The translations under genes were made by a program, and so were the position numbers. Source: Octopus sinensis (Eukaryota). From it: DNA of 64,000 nt. Below are positions 24,685-36,066 of this stretch, piece by piece. The notes beneath the pieces are model-generated. The model ran no database searches, was not told the DNA's origin, and saw nothing but the letters and a program-made list of their open reading frames with translations. Within the stretch, counting starts at the first letter, position 1. Every line of letters begins with the position of its first letter. The stretch covers positions 79,050,001-79,114,000 of the forward strand of contig NC_042997.1 in NCBI RefSeq assembly GCF_006345805.1, in the 5' to 3' direction.

Positions 24685-25920
24685 TTCTGTGTGAATGTAT
24701 GTATGTATTCATGTTTGTAAGCAATTATTGGATCATCCATTTTTCCTGTACGGGAGGAAAAGAGGAACATTATTTTGCGTTTTCGTCAAAGTACCATTAT
24801 AAGTAGATGGCTGGGGATATGGTCGATGCATTTAATCTTGCTAATACATTTCATGTATGTTCTATGTCTCTAGACAGCCTGTTTGTGAATCGCATACCTC
24901 ATCAGTTTAGAAATCTAGTTTTCTAGAAATAGATAATCAATCAATTGATTACATCATAATCAAGTATTTCCTTTTTCATTTCAAATTTGGAAAACAAAGA
25001 AAGAATGAAAAAAAAAAGAGAAGGAAAAAAAAAGCAGCCAGAATGAGCCACACAATGTTTGAGACAGACATCTTTTATCTTATCTGGGGGTTTTTCTGCA
25101 AAGGTGAAAACAGTACCCCATTTAAGCCCGCGTGTCTCAAGTCCGCGTGTCTCAAAAAGAGAGCGAGGTTCGTACACGTGTCTTTTTCGAGATATTTCAG
25201 TACCAACGTCATCACCAATGTTGTGCGAACGAAAGCTTAACATTTTACTGGTTAACTTATTTTATTCCTTTGCACAATTGGTGGAAAGCTTATATATGTT
25301 TTCTTTTTTACTCTCATTTCTTCTTATGACTTAAAGATATAAATTACCATTTTAATAATACAGGCACGAGATGATGCGTCATTTTTTGAATTGTGTGGGT
25401 TAAAATGCGTGGGCTAAGAAACTCACACGTTCTAATCCTATATCCCGTGACCCTGTATATTTAGGTTGCAATGTATTATGTATGTATGTATGTATGTATG
25501 TATGTATGTATGTATGTATGTATGTATGTATGTATGTATGTATGTATGTATGTATGTATTTATGTATGTATGTATGTATGAATGTTTGCATATGTGTGTA
25601 TGTACACGCGAGTATAAATTACAGTATATAAATTAATTAGCCCCTACACAATACCGTCCTAGGGGCCCAATTCTGATCTATGTGTGTTGTGACTTGCTGT
25701 CAATAAGTAAACACTATAGGACCCAGTTTACTGATTTTCCTGGGACCTATAATGCTGTTAAGACGACCCCGGTCCTGCATAATAGTACATGCTTATAGTG
25801 TTCGGGAAAAAAATGCTTATCACCCTGCTGCAGTTGACTTAAAATCCCGTGGTTGCCCTAAACGATTAAGTCGGCTACAGCACTGTTCATAAATCTGGGG
25901 TTTTACCACAATTAGAACCC

Positions 25921-25968
25921 CCCTCCTCCTCCTCCTCCTCCTCCTCCTCGTCGTCGTCGTCGTCGTCG

Positions 25969-26024
<56 letters not shown>

Positions 26025-26027
26025 TTC

Positions 26028-26067
<40 letters not shown>
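25921..26067. repeat. Compound trinucleotide array (CCT)n(CGT)n(CAT)n
   Basis: Direct reading; a single-phase array changing motif stepwise. Confidence 0.95.
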
Positions 26068-26929
26068 AGAGCTGAGGATAATGAAAATGGTAGTGATGGG
26101 CTAAAATGTATTTTATTGCATCAGTTTACATTCTGAAATTTAAGTCCTACGAATGTCATACTTAAAATTCATTCTCATCGAAAAATAAATCTATGTATTA
26201 AGGTTGATGCTGTCGTTTATTTCTTCTCACAAAATATAATATCCCAGTAAGTATATTGTCTAAATAAGGAATTGACAATCAGGGTGGACACTCATAAACA
26301 ACATTCTCAGGGAAATATTCTGCATATTAGATATGCATACGGTGGGGCTCACATATATAACATGAGTTGAAAAACATTTTGATTGATCGTGAATATACTT
26401 GCATAAAGAAGTCTGAAGGAAACAAGAAGCTTATCAGTGAAAAGTCAGGCAACAATGGCGAACACAGAAAATAGATCATAATGTACGATCTCAAAAGCTG
26501 TGGCCTTTCTTAGGTTAGGACTAAATATTGCAATAAAATGGAGCACAAAATTGTTTTATTCATTCCTTTTGTGGTATTTTATTATTTCTTGACCTCTATG
26601 TTGTGCTCCTAGGAACATTTCATTGGAGTGGTATGTTTGATCTTTTGTTTCGTGTTGCAGAAAGGGATGCCGCTAGTTATTAGGTCCATTTACTGTTGAT
26701 GCCCTCTCTTTCCAGAGTAAATGCGTGTGTCAGAGGATGACGATGATGCATAATCGGGTGTTGCGACTGCAATATCTACATATACATTGAGCAAATGTAA
26801 TCGTTATTTGTCAACCCCCAGCTCTCAAATCGCCATGTCCCCAAGCTGCTGTTCTGGTTCAAGTGCAGGCCGAAGATGAGCGCCTGACATCTACCGTCTA
26901 TTAGGTAATATTGATTTCTAATTCTGGCA

Positions 26930-27030
26930 CAAAGTCAGAGAGTTCAGGGATGGGGGTAATTCGATTACATTGACCCCCAGTGCTCAACTGATACTTATTT
27001 TATCGATCCCGAAAGGATGAAAGGCAAATT
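26930..27030. mobile_element. SINE body fragment
   Basis: Matches the ggtacttatttatcgaccccgaaaggatgaaaggcaaagtcgac core of the SINEs at 32153-32552 and 38299-38900. Confidence 0.6.
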
Positions 27031-27428
27031 CGTCGAAGAAAATGTCAATGCTTACATTCTACACACACAAACACGTGTTTTTCGTTTTTTATTTTTATTT
27101 TTACCAATTTTAGTAGACTGGACAAAGTTGTCTTCAAGGGATTCGTCGATTAGATTGAATCCTGTGCATATTTTCCAGCACTAGAGAAAGAAATCCAGCA
27201 TAAGGGGAATTTGAATTCAGAACAAGAATTAGAAGATATGAACAATGACGTCCTTGGAGATACTCTGTGCGATGAAATGCATGTAGTCTTTTGGAGACTT
27301 AAGTACAAGAATTCTGGATAAGTCATAAGTCTTTGAGGAGCATTTGCCGTTCATGATCTGTTTTACAATTACGGTATATATATTTGTGTATTCCCATATA
27401 CGTATACAAACAGACTATATATATATGG

Positions 27429-27459
<31 letters not shown>

Positions 27460-27559
27460 TGTATGTATGTATGTATGTATGTATGTATGTATGTATGTAT
27501 GTATGTATGTATGTATGTGTTCTTTTCTGTTTTTTAAATTATTTTAATTCTTACTTTGA

Positions 27560-28427
27560 AGAAGGAGCTAATTTCTAACAAAGATATAAAGCCCCATCTT
27601 TGGAACGTACATAACGAAAACAGTGTCTCATTTTAAACGTGAGAAAAGTTTTTCATAGTTTTACTGTTCTGCTTACAAATTGTATTTGTAATGTGCGAAT
27701 CAGTTGGTTTATTTATTACCTCCGCCAAGGAAGGAGGTTATGTTTTCATCGGCGTTGGTTTGTCCGTTTGTGTGCAAAATAACTCAAAAAGTTGTGAACG
27801 GTATTTGATGAAACTTACAGGAAAAGTTGGTAATGACACAAGGAACAGATGATGAAATGTTGGTAGTGATCCAGGAAATTTTATGGATTCTTGAAGGATT
27901 TTTCATTTGTTATCTTTACTTTACATGAAGTATTACAATGTTACGTTCTTTGATTATCTCTCTTGAAAACACGTTCATCGTTTCCATGTAACCTATGGTG
28001 GAGTTGCTGTTTCCAAAGTTTATTTTCATTTCTCTATTAGTAATTTTACTCGCGTATCTATCTTAAAATGAGCTTGGCGGAGGTCTGCGCTCTCGGGGTG
28101 CTTTTCTAGTTTATTTATTTTGTCTGAAAATTCAAGTTTATTTAGTTAGATATTTACTTACAAAACCAAGTGCACCAATTATTATTGGTATAAATGTAAA
28201 TTTGTAATCCGGATATAGAAGCTGGAAGTTTCGAATCAGTTGTCCATAGATATCTTTTTTCTCTTTGATTTTCTAAGAGACATTCACATCAGTAGAACAG
28301 CTGACCTCTATGACTGTACACACTTTTTTTTGTCTCTCTGAAACAACAATATCCGGCCTGTTACGCTTGCACTTAACAAATATTTTGATGGGAATGTTCC
28401 ACCAGTATTCTTTGGGCTGATATCTGC

Positions 28428-28430
<3 letters not shown>
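27560..28430 (-). mobile_element. R4/Dong-clade 3' fragment (restriction-like endonuclease), split by a Helentron
   Basis: EYWWNIPIK..KCKRNRPDIVV...CTVIEVSC..DVNVS*KIKEK.D.YG.LIRN.Q.LYPDYKF.FIPIIIGALG; continues as LIRTLQIQ...KTFLTF on the other side of 27714-28110. Confidence 0.8.
27714..28110 (+). mobile_element. Non-autonomous Helentron (HINE/DINE-1-like)
   Basis: SubTIRs ttacctccgccaag / cttggcggagg, 3' stem-loop gcgctctcggggtgc, terminal ctagtt, T-rich target. Confidence 0.75.
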
Positions 28431-28458
<28 letters not shown>

Positions 28459-28580
28459 TGTATGTATGTATGTATGTATGTATTTATGTATGTATGTATG
28501 TATTTATGTATGTATGTATGTATGTATTTATGTATGTATGTATGTATGTATGTATGCATGTATGTATGTATGCATGTATG
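28428..28580. repeat. (TATG)n microsatellite
   Basis: Direct reading. Confidence 0.95.
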
Positions 28581-28619
28581 TAGGCGCAGAAGTAGCTGTG
28601 TGGTAAGAAGCTTGCTTCC

Positions 28620-30631
28620 GGTTGAACTGTGAGGACGTGTAGCTTTGAGCTCCGTCCTAAAAAGAAAAAAGAACAAAAACAGTGTTCTTCACGCACCTGT
28701 TGAAGTCGTCACGCTGGTATGCAGCTGGCGAAAGTTGAACTGAAAGACGCTCTACTGTAAGGTAAGACTTTTTGCTTTTTGAGTCCGGTAGGATTTGTTG
28801 CCTGTTGGTTTTATTTTTTTGAACAGACAGGGAGTCCTTACTGGATTCGAAGCTTTTTGTCTGCCTTGCTGTGGAGACGTGTGTGTTGTCTCACATAATT
28901 GTGAGAAATTGTATTTGAAAATTTTTGTGCCCACGTGGATTAAAAGGATTGGCCAGGAGTACCTACGGCCGAAAATTTATTTCTTTGCCTGGATTTGAAC
29001 TCTCTTTTCACAGCTATCATTTATTTTTAAAAAAGAACTTTATTTGAACTGTTATTTTAATTTTTTCTTCCCTTCTGTTGTGTCTTCTTTCTTTTTTTGT
29101 GTATCTTCTTTATTTGAAAACGTATTGACGAACTGTATTTGAACTTTTTATTTAAAAAAAAAATGGCAAAGGAAATATTAGTGTGGGAATTAACACCTCC
29201 CAAATCATGGCTAAAAGAGCTCGAAAGGAAGACGGTGGTGTTGAGGACTTATTCAAAGTCGCTCGATACCATAACCGTCTTCCCGAAAGCCACAATTTTG
29301 AAAGAGCTGGCAGAATACATGCCAGCTATTAAATTTATTTCACGGGGAGTCAAATTTGCAACGGTCTGGTTGCTATTTGACTCCCCCAAAGAAGCTTGCG
29401 ATTTTGCAAGCCGGCCCCTCGAGGGGAAAGAAATAATGTTTCTTTCCAGTTATTGTGGGAAGAAGTTAATGAGGGCTTGGGTTTGCGGCTTGCCACCCGG
29501 AATTGAGCCCGAGTGGATAGAAAACTTTATCCACCGGGGTCTGGGTGGTAGCAGTACCAAGCTGCTCAACGTAAAAATTTTACCTGCAGCTGATTGGGAG
29601 GGGTCAAAAGCTGTGTTGACCCTATGGACCCAATCAGCCGAAAGTCTGGTTTGCCCAGATTTTTTGAGGATGGCCAGGTCTAGGTATCCGGTGATGTTCG
29701 AGGGACGCCCCCCTCCAAGTATCACCTGTGCCTGGAGACCGACCACATCAAGAAAAACTGCCCCAAGGACCAAAATAGGATCCTGGAGCAGTTAACAGAG
29801 GAACCACTCCCTGCTCCCTCAATGGAGGGAGAGAAGGAGGAGGATGTCGAGGAGGTGGAAACCTCCTCGAAAAAACGAAAGCGAAAGGTAACCCGAGAGC
29901 TGCGGAAGAAAAGGAGGACCTGCTGGACACAGCAAGGGAACACCACCCTCCCGCAGCCCAAGGGAAAAAGAAAAGAAAAACGGGACATTGCTGGCGGCTT
30001 GTGACACGCTGCCGGCGTGTCCCGATTCTCCTTTGGGGGGTGTGCTGCTGGAGGAGGAACTTTTGGTCCTCTTCCACAAGGGAGGAACCTTGCAAAATGA
30101 AATTTAATAAAATTGAAAGGAAGTGCCGGTGAAAGGGGCTTCTGTCCTACACGGAGGACCCTGAGTGGCCTTCGCAGGTGGCTGCGGAGGTCATATGGGA
30201 GAACGATCTGTGCAGGATAACGAACTCCTTCCCGAAGGACTCCTTCAGATTTATGTTGAAACCTTTAAGTTCGGAACGGACCAGGTGCTTCGATTAAGCG
30301 AGGAGCCTTGCCGGGCGGAAAAATTGAAGAGGTGTATTACCTCAAAAAGAGACTAAAAATGTAAAAAGTGAGAGGATTATTGCCTCGTGTTTGTGTTTTA
30401 TTTTAAATTTTGAACTGTGTAAGAGGTTTATTGCCTCATTGTTTTTTTTTTTTTTAAATAAGAAAAAAGAAAAAAAAGAACAATGTTTTAGAGAAGCGAA
30501 AGTCGGCGGGCGCTTTTCGTCTTCTCCCATCCTTATCATCCTTATATCATCATCATTCATCCCATTAATGTCTCTGTCTAGCCCTCAAGCTTCTCTCTGT
30601 GTGCTGCCCTTGTGGCAAATTTAATGAAATA
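28620..30631 (+). mobile_element. Non-autonomous L1/Tx1-like non-LTR element (ORF1 retained, ORF2 almost entirely absent)
   Basis: Exact 15-bp TSD aagaagcttgcttcc (28605-28619 / 30632-30646), A-rich 3' end, gag-like ORF1, short ORF2-like C-terminal remnant (VAAEVIWE..FRFMLK). Confidence 0.7.
29163..30004 (+). pseudogene. ORF1 gag-like protein with degenerate CCHC knuckle; one frameshift near 29710
   Basis: MAKEILVW...VCGLPPGIEPEWI...YPVMFEGRPP, then in another frame KYHLCLETDHIKKNCP and a basic KKRKRK tail. Confidence 0.65.
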
Positions 30632-31045
30632 AAGAAGCTTGCTTCCCATACACATAGTTCCGGGTTCAGTCCCACTGCGTGGCACCTTGGGCAAGTGTCT
30701 TCTATTATTGCCTCGGGACGACCAAAGCCTTGTGAGAGGATTTGGTAGACGGAAACTGAAAGAATCCCGTCATATATATATATATATGTATGTATTTGTG
30801 TGTCTGTGTTTGTCCACCCCCACCATTGTTTGACAACCGATGTTGGTGTGTTTACGTCCCGTAACTTAGCGGTTCGGCAAAAGTGACCGATAGAATAAGT
30901 TCTAGGCTTACAAAGAATAAGTCCTGGGGTCGATTTGTTCGATTAAAGGCAGTGTTCCAACATGGCTGCAGTCAAATGACTGAAACAAGTAAAAAGAATA
31001 CTTATATTCGTCTATATATATACATATACATACATACGTACATAT

Positions 31046-31104
<59 letters not shown>

Positions 31105-31196
31105 ATAGAGATGAAAAGACTACGAAAGAATGAAAGAGACCTCTCGACATTATGTAAATAGAGGAATTTATCTGTAAATATAATGTGACAATTATT

Positions 31197-31276
31197 CGAT
31201 AGCCATGATAAAACTCCGAGTTTCGGGTGTCGGGGCGGAAACCCACGTCAGCATCTCTTCAGTTATCGGGCCATCG
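31197..31276 (-). ncRNA. Hammerhead-ribozyme-like motif (type I), irregular stem II
   Basis: cgatggcc-c-gataa CTGAAGA g...c GAAA ctcggag TT ttatc-at-ggctatcg; stem I pairs 5+8 bp. Confidence 0.45.
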
Positions 31277-32152
31277 AAAAAAATGCTTTACAAATATATA
31301 TATATATATATATATAAAACAATACTGGGAGGATAAGAAACGGAACGAAGCGAAGAATCGAACGAACCCGACGCGAAGCGTTGTCAGACAATAGTGTAAT
31401 AAATAAGTAAATAAAATATATGCATACATACAAACATATATGTACGTACCTACATCTACATGTATATATACATGCATATATAAATATATATACGTAAGTA
31501 CAGGACACCACAAAAAGACGTAGAACTCGACAGAAACGAAAACGGAAAAGCCATTTTTTTACAACAGAAAGACAGAGACGTGGAACAGGACGAGAACGAA
31601 AACGGGAAAAACATTATTTACAACAGAAAAACAAGGTACAGGACAAGCTACACAAGGAAAATCCCCAATCATCAGCTGTCGCTAGTAGACTTAGCGAGTT
31701 TCGAAGGCAAGACAGGACACGACTCGTCAATACTAAGCCTTCCTGCGAGATAATTAAAATAAAATATGTATGTGTGTTTGTGTGTATTTGTGTGTGTGCG
31801 TACATATGCATGCGCGCGCGTATTAATTTGCAAATATGAAGTTTTGGGGTCGATATCACAGTGTGACAACTAAGATGTCATGTTCTATAGCCTCGGGTCA
31901 ACCCATGCCGTGTGAGCGAATTTGGTTAAACAGAAAATGTATAGGAGCTCATCGAGTGGATTATGCCTGTAATTTAAAATGTAAAATATTGTTAAACCTT
32001 GTGTCTCTCTGATTCTGCATGAAAATTATATTAAGGTGGCTGAATTCTCAGCCACTATGTACGTATGCACATACATACGCAAATACATACATACACACAC
32101 GTCATAAGTTAAGAACAAAAATATGCTCTATATAAGTAACAGAGCAGATATA

Positions 32153-32552
32153 TCCCTTTCTACTTTTGGCACAAGGCCTAAAATTTTGGGAGAAGGGGTA
32201 AGTCGATTACATCGACCCCAATGTTTCACCGGTACTTAATTTATCGACCCCAAAAGGATTAAAGACAAAGTCGACCCCGGCCGCATTTGAACTCAGAACG
32301 TGAAGACGGACGAAATACCTATTTCTTTACTTCCCAAAAGGGGCTAAACACAGAGAGGACAAACAAGGACAGACAAACGGATTAAGTCGATTATATCGAC
32401 CCCAGTGCGTAACTGGTACTTATTTAATCGACCCCGAAAAGATGAAAGGCAAAGTCGACCTCGGCGGAATTTGAACTCAGAACGTAGCGGCAGACGAAAT
32501 ACCGCGAAGCATTTCGCCTGGCGTGCTAACGATTCTGCCAGCTCGCCGCCTT
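32153..32552 (-). mobile_element. tRNA-derived SINE with duplicated body
   Basis: Head aaggcggcgagctggcagaatcg (A box)...gagttcaaattcc (B box). Confidence 0.85.
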
Positions 32553-32858
32553 AACAGAGCAGATATAGTCAAATGATATAGGCTGGTCAGAGTGTTAGCA
32601 TTGATTTCGCATCGAATATTGTTACTGGGCAATATTGACGTTTTTTCAGACTTGCTGGTTATGTACCATAACCAGTAGTATATTAGAAGAGGTACACCAA
32701 GGGAAGATGAAGGGGAAGTAATATATTGTTCGACTATATATATATATAAAATACAAAATGGGACAAGAACGCAAAACATCCAGATAGACGATACAAAGAA
32801 AACAAGGACGGGTCATTCGGAGTTTTCTTTCTTCAGTCGAGTTCCAGATTATCTTTGC

Positions 32859-32859
<1 letters not shown>

Positions 32860-32936
<77 letters not shown>

Positions 32937-32968
32937 AACACAAACACACACACAAACATACACACACA
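32860..32968. repeat. (CA)n microsatellite
   Basis: Direct reading. Confidence 0.95.
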
Positions 32969-33865
32969 CAGATAGACTGATAGATGATAAATAGACAGAC
33001 AGAAAAGATTGATAGATAAATAAATTTGCAAACACAATAAAGAAATTATAGGTGTAGTTGTGCTGCTTCTCAACCACATAATTCCGTGTTTAGTTCTATT
33101 GTATAGCAATCTTGGACAAGTGTCGTTCATTATAGCCCCTGGTTAGGGCCGACCCTAGGGTTGCTGGCGCCCCGAGCAAGCTGAACTTCGGCGTGTACAA
33201 GATGACGGTCGTGGAAATTTCCTTGTCTTTGTCACGCCCTCCTTGACACCCCCCATCCCACCCGCAGCACATGGCGCTCCGGACGACTACTCGAGTTGCC
33301 GGTGCCTTGAGCCGGCTCTACTCCTGGCCGACCAAAACCTTGTAAATGAATTTGGTGAACCAAAGACCGTCGTTGATAGATTTACGCACACGTGCGCGTG
33401 TGAGGGTGTATAATACACACACACACACATATATATACATATAGACACACATATATAACATACGTATAAATCTCTCTCTTTCTTGTCCTTCCCCTGTCTA
33501 CTTCTATCATTATTATTTACCTGCCTCTCTTCCCCGGTCTCAACATCCACCCTTTAATCTTAGCCAGTCTTTACAGTTGTTGCCTACCTCTCCTCTCTCA
33601 GTCCTCATCTCTCGCTTCCCCATTTACTTTTTGCAAAACGATTATCTAATCTCATACTCCTCCACTCATTCTTCGTACCTTGAAAGGCCACCCGGACACA
33701 TCATCACTACTATTTTATTTCTTTCCAGCCCCTACCGTTCATTTTCATCTTCTCTTCTAAATATGAGTCACCATGAAGCTCCTCTACAACCATAAATCCT
33801 GCTCTTCTATACGTTAACCCCTCATCTCCGGCAATCGCATTAGTGTTGTAGACATGAAAAAAGCG

Positions 33866-34293
33866 GGATCTTTTCGGTTTGAACGGCAGTTTTTTCTAGC
33901 GGTGTCATATGAAATTGTCACCCATAATTATGACCCTAGTATCGATCTATTGCATTTAAATCTATTTTAGGGTAAGGGTTAGAGTTAGGGTTAGGGGTGG
34001 GGGAAAGGGTATCTTTTTTTCTTCAGAAATGTAAATAAACCCAATCTGTTTCTTAAACAAGGGACATTTTCATACGGCACAGAATGTTTTCACCCCAATA
34101 GACGTCATTGATCGGTTGAAATTGCAGAAATTGAAGAAAAAAACAACAAATATCTTACAAACTATAGAATTTTCTCAATAAAGCCAAGAGAGAAAGATGT
34201 TTTATAAACATATTCTACCAGTATACAAAGTTTAAAAGTGTTTAGTTACGTGGAAATTATTTTTAAAAACTGCTGTTCAAACCGAAAAGATCC
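33866..34293. mobile_element. MITE with ~28-bp TIRs and an internal telomere-like (TTAGGG) G-rich patch
   Basis: ggatcttttcggtttgaacggcagttttt / aaaaactgctgttcaaaccgaaaagatcc. Confidence 0.8.
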
Positions 34294-34294
34294 A

Positions 34295-34455
34295 AAAAGC
34301 GCCCAGTACATGCTGTAAAGTGATTGGCTTTTGTAAGAGTATCCAGCCATAGAAACCATGCTAAAGCAGACATGAGAGCATGATGCAATTCTTGGGCCCA
34401 TCGTATCCTGTCAAACCTCCCATCCATGCCAGCCTGGAACACGGACGTTAAATGA
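34295..34455 (+). mobile_element. RTE-type 3' tail fragment (LINE or partner SINE)
   Basis: ...cctgtcaaacc..ccatgccagc.tggaa.acggacgttaaatgatg running into a microsatellite. Confidence 0.5.
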
Positions 34456-34486
34456 TGTATGTATGTATGTATGTGTGTGTGTGTGG

Positions 34487-34525
<39 letters not shown>

Positions 34526-35202
34526 ATGTATGTATGTATGTATTGTATGTATTGTATGTGTGTGTGTGTGTCCGTCTGTCTGTCTGTATGTACGTACGTA
34601 CGTACAAAAATATTCTAATCTCTTACAAAAACATCAAGTACTAGCCAAAACATTCACCTCAGTATCTTCGTCGTTTAGCAAAACCCATCACAGTAGTTGT
34701 TCAAAACATCACTGCGGCAATAACTGTAGCCATTATGTGCGTATGTGCGGGCATTTATGTGGAAAGAAATCAGCGTAGTATTTATGCATACTCTAATTAC
34801 AATTTTTTTTCGGTATTTTTACTAAATAGCATTTCAACACTTTTTGTTAATTTCATCTAATATCTCTTTCATTCAATCTTAGGTGTATTTTTTTTTTTAT
34901 TACCGTTATGTCTAGAGAGATAGATGATATACACTCGAAAAAAATCATGAACGTCAAATATGTTTCATTTCTCTTATCAATCTAAGATTTTGTATCTATT
35001 TTGGTAAACGATATGTAGTCGTTGCATTACATTATTCATCCTACTATCTTTTCTGCATTTTTATTGAACACTGCTGTTTCAGCACAGATGTTTGCGCTAT
35101 TCAACTAAAATAAGCAGCAGTGAAAAGAAAATGGAATCGATAATGACAAACAAGAATGATCGCTAAATGGAGTAAACTCTTTATTAGCTCCGCCTACTTC
35201 TC

Positions 35203-35212
35203 ATGACGTCAT
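35203..35212. promoter_or_regulatory. Palindromic CRE/ATF site (ATGACGTCAT) in the probable promoter of the UNC-93-like gene
   Basis: Perfect TGACGTCA next to ctccgcct, ~50 bp upstream of a GTAATT donor at 35262. Confidence 0.4.
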
Positions 35213-35448
35213 CAATTGAGGGGCTTTTGTCAGATTATTAAACTCCGAAGACGCACTGCAAGTAATTCCTGAATTTATCTGCTTTGAATTGTCTATCTAA
35301 TTGCCTGTATTTTTTTTAGTGTATCTTTTCCTTTACGAAGAAAGCGATACGTTTCTTCTTTGTTCATTTTGACTTACTATAAGTCGATTATCATAAGAAA
35401 AAAATGGACCTTAAGAAAAATTTTGATTGTTTCATTTTCCCAGCAAAC

Positions 35449-35483
35449 ATGGAGCTAAACAACCAAACGCATAAGCATAAAAG
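35449..35483 (+). CDS. unc-93: Probable first coding exon of the UNC-93-like gene (MELNNQTHKHK-S)
   Basis: Acceptor ttcattttcccag|35444, Kozak-like aaacATGG, donor AAG|GTGAGT at 35484. The phase-2 end matches the phase-2 start of the exon at 42614. Confidence 0.5.
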
Positions 35484-35986
35484 GTGAGTCCAGGCTTCGA
35501 AATCTATTTTTCATTTTGTAACTTCATAGTAATATATTTTTTGTATGATACTATGTAGTTATACTATATTAATAATCACAAATAAAATTGTAATCCTAAT
35601 TCAAGAGTTATTTAGTGACACGAATGCTTGAAAATGGTAAATATAGACATAATGACATAAATTGAATTTATTAGCTATAAAAGTATTCTTTAAAAGGGTC
35701 AAGAGAATTTTTATTTAGTAGTTGAAACGTCATCGTCATTGTTATTCAATACATACCAACTTAATATTTAATCAGTATTATTAGTACGACGATATTCTAA
35801 AGATTAACGAAATTATTATTGCTGTTACTTCGTTTTCTTTTCTTTTGTTTTATCAAAATATACGATGCTTGAATATAAATCACTGAAAATAAAGTAATGC
35901 ATTATTGGCACAGTCAGTTACTTTACCAAATCAGCAAAGCGACGGATAAAAGTACCATGTGGTAATTTCAAATCCCACTGATGCAT

Positions 35987-36066
<80 letters not shown>

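Larger units (their letters stand above)
28581..31000 (+). mobile_element. tRNA-derived SINE split by a 2-kb insertion (head 28581-28619, remainder 30647-31000)
   Basis: aggcgcagaagtagctgtgtggtaagaagcttgcttcc resumes as catacacatagttccgggttcagtcccactgcg (B box). Confidence 0.85.

Noticed and set aside
32790-32850. Minus-strand CTGAAGA...ctccGAAT...GTC hammerhead-like text
   Set aside because: GAAA is broken and stems I and II do not pair convincingly in this copy.
33960-34005. TTAGGG repeats as an interstitial telomere
   Set aside because: Only a few degenerate units, and part of the MITE body also seen at 12090-12349.
34640-34860. Open hydrophobic frames near 34.7 kb as an exon
   Set aside because: No family similarity and no convincing splice-site pair.
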